Part shown: piece after piece, positions 7,264-13,085 of the stretch
Position numbering within the stretch: position 1 is the first letter of the stretch
Layout: each line of letters begins with the position of its first letter
The notes under the pieces: model-generated
The model's database searches: none
Told to the model about the DNA's origin: nothing
What the model saw: the letters and a program-made list of their open reading frames with translations, nothing else
Position numbers and translations under genes: made by a program
Source of the DNA: a virus
Taxonomy: Duplodnaviria > Heunggongvirae > Uroviricota > Caudoviricetes
IMG/VR virus record: IMGVR_UViG_3300026122_000001
Length of the DNA stretch: 17,980 nt
Direction: 5' to 3' (one strand)

Positions 7264-8265
7264 TTAACTAAAAACTTGGTTATGGGTTCGGTTGACGCGA
7301 ACGAATGTCGCGCACTTTGGCAGGTCTTTCAGGGATCGTGCCCCGACATACGAGCAGGCTGATCGGAGGCCGCCTTGAATCTGCTGGAGCACATTGGTGA
7401 CAGGGCCCTTACGTGGCACATCGACACCCTTACCTTCGGCTGTGGAATAATCAGCTACCCCATCGGAATGTTTGTCTTGGGCTTCTTCGCTGGCCATCCC
7501 GTAGAACCGGCAGGTGTTGCTCTCGTCGGTGCCAGCAAACATGCCGCCCAGCATGACAAAGTCCGCCCCGGCACCAAAGGCTTTGGCCACATCCCCAGAA
7601 TTCACACAGCCGCCATCCGCACAAATATGGCCACCCAGACCATGGGCTGCCTCTGCACACTCCATAACAGCCGACAGTTGGGGGCAACCTACACCGGTGA
7701 TGATCCGAGTCTCGCATACGCTGCCCGGGCCAATGCCGACTTTGATTATGTCAGCGCCTGCCAACAGAAGCTCTTGCGTCATCTCAGGCGTGGCAACATT
7801 GCCCGCCATAATGATTGACTTTGGAAATCGTTCCCGAACAGCCCGCACCTTTTCGACGAAGCATTCAGTGTACCCATTGGCCACATCGAGACAAATCAGA
7901 TCGAGGTCTACCTGTTGAGCCCGAACATCTTGTAGCTTGTCCCAATCAGCTTGCTTGAGCCCCAGTGTGTAGAACGACCCCGATGAGTCGACAGGCTCGT
8001 CGCGAAAGAATTCCACCAAGGTTTCCTCTGACATGAACTTGTGCAGGCTTGTCAGCATTCGGTATTTTGACAGCGTTCGTGCCATCGCAATGTTTCCGAT
8101 GGTATCCATGTTGGATGCAATGATCGGGACACATTCCAGATCGAGCGGGCTGTGCTTAAAGGTGAACCGCCGAATCAAGTTGATATGCTTGCGACTCGGC
8201 ACGTCCGACCGCTTGGGCCGAAGCAGCACATCGCAGTAATCGAGTTTTACGTCAGGTACGATCAT
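7264..8265 (-). CDS. guaC: GMP reductase (E. coli GuaC type), 333 aa
   Basis: KLDYCDVLLRPKRS, PIIASNMD, ICLDVANGY, AGNVAT, KVGIGPGSVCETR, ADGG, FYGMAS, AEGK, GGLRSACSYVGA; no CBS domain. Start ATG 8265 (TGATG overlap). Confidence 0.95.
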   Translation of the reverse strand: MIVPDVKLDYCDVLLRPKRSDVPSRKHINLIRRFTFKHSPLDLECVPIIASNMDTIGNIAMARTLSKYRMLTSLHKFMSEETLVEFFRDEPVDSSGSFYTLGLKQADWDKLQDVRAQQVDLDLICLDVANGYTECFVEKVRAVRERFPKSIIMAGNVATPEMTQELLLAGADIIKVGIGPGSVCETRIITGVGCPQLSAVMECAEAAHGLGGHICADGGCVNSGDVAKAFGAGADFVMLGGMFAGTDESNTCRFYGMASEEAQDKHSDGVADYSTAEGKGVDVPRKGPVTNVLQQIQGGLRSACSYVGARSLKDLPKCATFVRVNRTHNQVFS

Positions 8266-8705
8266 CACGCTATTTTCACCTTCTCCCACGGGAAGACAAT
8301 CCAGGCTTGGGGTTTGGTCTCAAGGAAATAGGCATGTGGTTGCCCTGGGCTGTGATACAATACTGCCACAGCGTTGCCTTCCAGACCAAAATGCTCGTCA
8401 AATAAGTCCAACGTCCCGCCCTCATCAATGAGATCATCAACAATCAAATTCCCAGTGGGTTGTGTCAGTTTACCAGCAACAATCGGCGGCACTCGTTTTG
8501 TCTCGCCATCATAGCGGCTGATGCGTACCGACTCGTGCGGGAGGTCCAAGATGGCAGCAATCCGTTTGCCGATATACAACCCACCGTTGGCGATACTGAC
8601 AACTCGCTGTATTTCCCACCCCATTGACTGTATGTTGCGAGCAAGCTGATCGATCTTTTGATCGACCTCGGCCCAGGTCAGGTGGAATTTCTTTGGGGTC
8701 ATCAT
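8265..8705 (-). CDS. Type I purine phosphoribosyltransferase (Gpt-like)
   Basis: HLTW, SIANGGL, PRPP loop LIVDDLIDEGGTL, C-terminal WIVFPWE. Start ATG 8705 or 8702. Confidence 0.88.
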   Translation of the reverse strand: MMTPKKFHLTWAEVDQKIDQLARNIQSMGWEIQRVVSIANGGLYIGKRIAAILDLPHESVRISRYDGETKRVPPIVAGKLTQPTGNLIVDDLIDEGGTLDLFDEHFGLEGNAVAVLYHSPGQPHAYFLETKPQAWIVFPWEKVKIA

Positions 8706-8917
8706 TGGCTGAGTACCCGGAAACAAAGGATCAATGTAATGGTCAGGACGGCAACAACTGCCCAAATGACCGTGCGTCCCACGGCCATGTCATGTTTACT
8801 TTGAAGCTGCTGAGCATGCGCGATATGGTGCTTGCCCCATCGTGGATGCCACACGTAGTCCATGCCCGGACGACGCTTCCAGCCAGCCATTTCCAACTCT
8901 TCCATGTGGGCTTCCAA
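8702..8917 (-). CDS. Small hypothetical protein with C-terminal TM helix (start uncertain: TTG 8917 or ATG 8905)
   Basis: 3' part of ORF 8702-9250; VIWAVVAVLTITLILCFRV is hydrophobic; stop overlaps the PRTase ATG; GGAG lies 10 nt before TTG 8917. Confidence 0.6.
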   Translation of the reverse strand: MEAHMEELEMAGWKRRPGMDYVWHPRWGKHHIAHAQQLQSKHDMAVGRTVIWAVVAVLTITLILCFRVLSQ

Positions 8918-8924
8918 CTGTCGG

Positions 8925-10040
8925 TCACTCCGCAGGCCGCTTACGCCAATACCGGGCCTCTTTTGGGATACCGTCATCGGAGAGTTCTCGGTACTTGAAG
9001 GTGACAACATCGCCTGGTTGAAAGTGTTCCCCTCTGAACTCATCTGGCATAACCTCCCCTGGTCGAGTGCGGGCATAATCAGACTGGGTCGAGTCTGCAA
9101 ACGATCGTTCTGGTATCTTGAACCCACCACCGAGTTTGAATTCGATGTCGCCGAACCGGACCACAACGGCTCCGATTTTACCGAGCAACAGGCCTTGTTT
9201 ACCCTGTTCACCAGCAACGAATCGGACAACAGTTCCCTCAGCGTCCTCAAATGGTTTGTACTTCAAAATGGCCTTGACCCGCTTGGGGACCCAGGTTGCC
9301 ATCGGGTCACGCAGTACGAGGCCTTCTGCACCTTCATCTAGGATTTTGATGTACCTCGCAGCCGCTTGTTCTTTGGCCTCGTCCTCGTCCATGCTCAAAC
9401 GAGTCTGGTGGTGGAGGAAAACCGTCGGGCCAGTTGATGGGATAGCCTCACGGAGCATGGCCAGTTCGTTATCGAACGTGGCAGCTTCGGGTAGGTACTG
9501 AAAATCATCCCGCACCTGTGTCGGCCGAGCCTGGAACCATTTTGCGATCTCTTGTGCAATAATGGTCTCATGCATGTTCTGGTTCTTGATCTCGCCGTCC
9601 CGGAAAACAGCCGCGAATGGCGGCGAACCAAAGACACAGAACTGAAGCTGGTCCCATCGTTCGTCTGGTGTGTCCCCCGCACAAATGGACCGGCATAGTT
9701 GGAAGTTCCCACGTCCTGCCCAAAGCTCGCCGTCCAGTGGAATGCACGGCAACGTGTTCAGGAACCAATCAGGGGCAATGATGGGGTTGCCGTACCGTGA
9801 CCACAGACCGGTCGCCCGTGGCTTGATCTTTGCCTTCATGCCGCCCTTTTTGGGGTGCGTCACTCCGGCCCACGGAACATCCCGGGTATCACAGTCACGG
9901 CTGATGCCACCGTCCCAGAAACAACGGGTGCCGTCAAGCTTCTCGGACATGTAGTATCCGGCAACCTTGCTCTTGAGCGGGTCATATTTGCCCGCTTGCA
10001 TCAAAAACTCACGGCGTGGTAGCTTCGTTTCCGTCGTCAT
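8925..10040 (-). CDS. ATP-dependent DNA ligase (minimal viral/LigE-like type)
   Basis: Motif I SEKLDG, III LDGELW, IV EGLVLR, V ILKYKP and the OB-domain end TFKYRELSDDGIPKEARY. Start ATG 10040 (AAGGA SD); GTG 10091 is an alternative. Confidence 0.95.
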   Translation of the reverse strand: MTTETKLPRREFLMQAGKYDPLKSKVAGYYMSEKLDGTRCFWDGGISRDCDTRDVPWAGVTHPKKGGMKAKIKPRATGLWSRYGNPIIAPDWFLNTLPCIPLDGELWAGRGNFQLCRSICAGDTPDERWDQLQFCVFGSPPFAAVFRDGEIKNQNMHETIIAQEIAKWFQARPTQVRDDFQYLPEAATFDNELAMLREAIPSTGPTVFLHHQTRLSMDEDEAKEQAAARYIKILDEGAEGLVLRDPMATWVPKRVKAILKYKPFEDAEGTVVRFVAGEQGKQGLLLGKIGAVVVRFGDIEFKLGGGFKIPERSFADSTQSDYARTRPGEVMPDEFRGEHFQPGDVVTFKYRELSDDGIPKEARYWRKRPAE

Positions 10041-10087
10041 CGTCAATTCCTTGGTAGTGACTGGGGCTTGGTACTGGTTAAGGCGAC

Positions 10088-11125
10088 TCACACCACGGTG
10101 GTGCCACGGCTGAAGAACTTGGTTGTCCGACCACGCTGGTGATACCGACTCGCCAGTTGGAACTCGTCTTCAAGCTGCTCGGTATCGCACTTGCGAACGC
10201 CCCGCTTGAAGAAACGCTTAGTTCGATTCCGTTGATGATACCGGCTGGCTACTTCATCTGTGTCGGCCTCGTCGGCCTCGTCGGCCTCGTCGGCCTCGTC
10301 GGCCTCGTCAACCGGGTCGCCTTCAAAATCCGATTCGTCATAGTCATAGTTGACCTCTTCAAGATCATCGGCAGGTGGGTTCAGCACCTCATCAACATCT
10401 TCGTACAACCACAGATGGCTGGACAACAGGACGATAATTTCGTCCAAATCTCGCATTTCACTTCGTAGTCCGGCTAGCTTGCTGTTCAACCCACAGATTG
10501 TGTTGCGAGCAATGTGGACCGTGTTCCACAGATAGTCGACCTCGGCCTGCTTGTTCGCGATGGTCTCTTTCTGAGCAGTGGCTAGTTGAAGCTGTTCCTC
10601 GAAAGCATAGGTTAGTCGTTTCACCTCGGCCCGCTGAGATTTTGCCAGTGCCACGATTTTCTCCAGTGATGCCTCAGCCGAGGTGGCCCGATCTGAAGCT
10701 GCCAAAGAAATAGCGCCGAATGTCTCAGCCGCTAGGATGATTCCCTCACGATCCTTCTGTGCCTGGCCGGTTTCATAATTGGCATTGTCACAAAGGTTCA
10801 CTTGCAACTGCATGGCTTCGCTGTAGTCGGCTACAAGCTTATCCATGGATACCTGATATTGAGTTTGCAGACTGGTCCAAGCTGTCGCAAATTCAGTATT
10901 GCGGGCTATGCTGGTTTCGATCAGACCCTCCACCAGCGTGTCGGTCTTTGCAGTCGCCTCCATAGTCAGCACAACACTGTCTGTTACCTGTTGTTTCCAG
11001 GCAATGGTCCGGTAGCGTTCCAGGCCGAGTGTAACGGCCATATAGCATATGGTTGCAATCAACATCAGTTTCCATGCAACGCCGCACACGTTGCTGAGTC
11101 GTTGGGCAGTTTCTCTCAAATTCAT
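10088..11125 (-). CDS. Membrane-anchored coiled-coil protein with acidic repeat tail, 345 aa
   Basis: GGAGGAG SD before ATG 11125; N-terminal hydrophobic segment VAWKLMLIATICYMAVTLGL; long A/E/Q/L-rich helical region; (EAD)5; duplicated C-terminal motif. Confidence 0.85.
   Translation of the reverse strand: MNLRETAQRLSNVCGVAWKLMLIATICYMAVTLGLERYRTIAWKQQVTDSVVLTMEATAKTDTLVEGLIETSIARNTEFATAWTSLQTQYQVSMDKLVADYSEAMQLQVNLCDNANYETGQAQKDREGIILAAETFGAISLAASDRATSAEASLEKIVALAKSQRAEVKRLTYAFEEQLQLATAQKETIANKQAEVDYLWNTVHIARNTICGLNSKLAGLRSEMRDLDEIIVLLSSHLWLYEDVDEVLNPPADDLEEVNYDYDESDFEGDPVDEADEADEADEADEADTDEVASRYHQRNRTKRFFKRGVRKCDTEQLEDEFQLASRYHQRGRTTKFFSRGTTVV
10262..10306. repeat. 9-nt tandem repeat GTCGGCCTC x5
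   Basis: Read directly; encodes (EAD)5. Confidence 0.95.
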
Positions 11126-11149
11126 CTCGAACTCCTCCAATGGGGTTTG

Positions 11150-11800
11150 TTACTGCTCACACAGACGTTGGGTGGCAGCTAAAAATCGACGGTGAATATC
11201 CCTCACGAGCAAATAAACGGCAGTCCTTGGTAGGCCAAGTATGGTGGCGATGTCATCTGGAGAATGGCCTTCTTCGCTAAGCTGCAAAATGGACCGTTCC
11301 TCTTCTGTGTTGGGGATCGATTCAAGAAAGTCTCGCAGGTCAGTCATGGACGGGTCGGCTTCAAAATAGGCACCTTCTGGGCATGGGATGTTGCTGACAC
11401 CTATTGAGTCCTGACCTGCGGCGGCCTGGTTACGATGCGTGCGAGAGCTTCCGACATATTGTTGTTCGAGCACCCAGTCACCGATGCAACGATAGATGCA
11501 GACTCTCAGGAAGGCTGTTATGTTGTCATGGTCCTGCAATGCCCGATCCAGGGCGATTTCATTCACCTTTTGTGTCACGGCCAACAGCCCCTCGGAGATC
11601 ATATCGTCATGGAGATAATTGGCACCGTATGTTGCCCCATACGCGACGGCGACTAACTCGACCAACCACCAATGTGCCAAAATCATTTCCTGAATTGCCG
11701 CATGGTCTCCTTGTCGGACTAGCACCAACAAGTCGTCTATCTCTTCTGGTGTGCGGGTATACGAGCTAAGGTCTTGTTTGACAATGTTGTTGGCTGACAT
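11150..11800 (-). CDS. Sigma-70-family-like factor (compact; regions 2 and 4), 216 aa
   Basis: QGDHAAIQEMILAHWWLVELVA (region 1.2/2.1-like), DDMISEGLLAV (2.2-like), C-terminal HTH LSEEGHSPDDIATILGLPRTAVYLLV; GGAG SD before ATG 11800. Confidence 0.75.
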   Translation of the reverse strand: MSANNIVKQDLSSYTRTPEEIDDLLVLVRQGDHAAIQEMILAHWWLVELVAVAYGATYGANYLHDDMISEGLLAVTQKVNEIALDRALQDHDNITAFLRVCIYRCIGDWVLEQQYVGSSRTHRNQAAAGQDSIGVSNIPCPEGAYFEADPSMTDLRDFLESIPNTEEERSILQLSEEGHSPDDIATILGLPRTAVYLLVRDIHRRFLAATQRLCEQ

Positions 11801-11831
11801 AGGTAACTCCGTTAAATGATACAATGATCCA

Positions 11832-12311
11832 TTAAGTGATTTGTGTGATCCACCAGAAACAGTCAATCTCGAAGCCTATCATTGCCAGTTCCGCCAGCGG
11901 GTAAACGGAACCCTTCCCGGCCGGGTCAAAAATATACTGACCATCCCAAGCCAGGGCATGACCTGTGCCGCCAGCCGTGCGGCCCGTGACAACCCCCTGT
12001 CTACCGTCCATCAGTTTCATAATGGTATCCAATCGGTCCAGCTTGTCTGACTCAGGATAAACAGGGAGTATCTCTTTCCCATTTGTGTATTGTGGCATAA
12101 CCTCCAGCGGCGTGCAAGTCTTATCCATGGAAATTAGGGCAAGCATACATTCTGATGGCTGTATGCCCCTGGGATAACCGGACTGAAAGACAACTTCGTC
12201 ACCCTGGTGGCCAATGTACCAATCCAGCAAAACCCCAATAGGAATGTCCATAGCCATCGCAAAGGCTGCAGCCACACACGTCCAGTCATTGACACACGTT
12301 TGAAGTTTCAT
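11832..12311 (-). CDS. Papain-like cysteine peptidase (C39-like), 159 aa
   Basis: WTCVAAAFAM (Cys nucleophile at a helix start), GHALAWD and FDP motifs. Confidence 0.7.
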   Translation of the reverse strand: MKLQTCVNDWTCVAAAFAMAMDIPIGVLLDWYIGHQGDEVVFQSGYPRGIQPSECMLALISMDKTCTPLEVMPQYTNGKEILPVYPESDKLDRLDTIMKLMDGRQGVVTGRTAGGTGHALAWDGQYIFDPAGKGSVYPLAELAMIGFEIDCFWWITQIT

Positions 12312-12481
12312 TGCCCACGTCGCTCCGATTTGGGTTGTTCAATGGCACGACCCTGCTTTACCGCTTTGGCCTTTGCTGCTTTACGGCTTGCGGCATCCCC
12401 GGCCGTATAGGTGTACGGTTTGCCGCCTTCCCCGTATTTGTAGGCTGGCTTGCCACCAGATGTAGTTCGCATCACTGGCAT
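12308..12481 (-). CDS. Small basic hypothetical protein, 57 aa (not in ORF track)
   Basis: Manual translation MPVMRTTSGGKPAYKYGEGGKPYTYTAGDAASRKAAKAKAVKQGRAIEQPKSERRGQ*; TGATG and ATGA overlaps fill the gap exactly. Confidence 0.85.
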   Translation of the reverse strand: MPVMRTTSGGKPAYKYGEGGKPYTYTAGDAASRKAAKAKAVKQGRAIEQPKSERRGQ

Positions 12482-12903
12482 CAGTTCTTGTCCTTGTCCT
12501 CTAGTGGGTTGTTGGTGGTCATGTCGTCAATCATGCCATTCAGTTCGTCCATCGCGTTGTCCCAAGCTGGGTTCCAATAGTCCCGCATGTTTGGTGGCTG
12601 CCAAAGTCGATCGTACTGTTCCTCGGAGACAGCAGTGAGAATCCAAATACCAACACCGTTCTTCTCCCAGATAGGCCATTTGATCCGTTGAGCTTTGGTG
12701 AACACATAGTGTCCCTCAACTTTGACATCAATCCAACGGTGCCCGTGCTCAAGGTGTGCAATGAACAGATCGGGGATACCACGCTGAAACATATTGCCGA
12801 CCATACGTTCAACAAGCCACCCGCGAGCTTCCAAGAAGTCCACCAGGTCGCGTTGAATGTAGTATTCAGGTCCATGGGTAATATGCTTCCGTGGTTTCTT
12901 CAT
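12481..12903 (-). CDS. VRR-NUC-type PD-(D/E)XK nuclease (putative junction resolvase), 140 aa
   Basis: EYYIQRDLVDFL, GIPDL, WIDVK motifs; typical neighbour of phage PolA. Confidence 0.85.
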   Translation of the reverse strand: MKKPRKHITHGPEYYIQRDLVDFLEARGWLVERMVGNMFQRGIPDLFIAHLEHGHRWIDVKVEGHYVFTKAQRIKWPIWEKNGVGIWILTAVSEEQYDRLWQPPNMRDYWNPAWDNAMDELNGMIDDMTTNNPLEDKDKN

Positions 12904-13085
12904 GCCGGTTCGTGGGCCTTGACGGGAATCTCGATACCGTCAATCACCTCAAGTGTTGAGATAAGCGACCGCTTGGACTTCGTGTCCCAGGCCTTGACCT
13001 TACGCTGGCAAGCCAATGCGCGGAGTTGCGGGTCAGTGAGTGTCCGCAGCCAATCGTGGCGTGCAGCGGGGGTTTTAAGTGGCAT
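12900..13085 (-). CDS. Small protein resembling Rho N-terminal/SAP helix-extension-helix domain, 61 aa
   Basis: LTDPQLRALACQRKVKAWDTKSKRSLISTL fits the Rho_N/SAP-like spacing; GGAGG SD. Confidence 0.6.
   Translation of the reverse strand: MPLKTPAARHDWLRTLTDPQLRALACQRKVKAWDTKSKRSLISTLEVIDGIEIPVKAHEPA

Noticed and set aside
7264-8265. IMP dehydrogenase (guaB)
   Set aside because: The N-terminal KLDYxDVLLRPKRS, DVANGY and C-terminal features, the length and the lack of a CBS domain match GuaC.
7264-8705. Modified-base pathway (dZ or 7-deazaguanine)
   Set aside because: No PurZ, MazZ/DatZ-type context, Que/FolE or DpdA genes are visible; the PRTase and GuaC alone do not support it.
8702-8928. 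-1 frameshift joining the GTG-start ORF 8743-8928 to the TM-containing frame
   Set aside because: A TTG at 8917 with GGAG 10 nt upstream, or ATG 8905, explains the gene without a frameshift, and no slippery sequence is visible.
1-10306. Short tandem repeats as a CRISPR array or origin iterons
   Set aside because: Units are 9, 12 and 15 nt, contiguous without spacers, multiples of three and in frame within coding regions.
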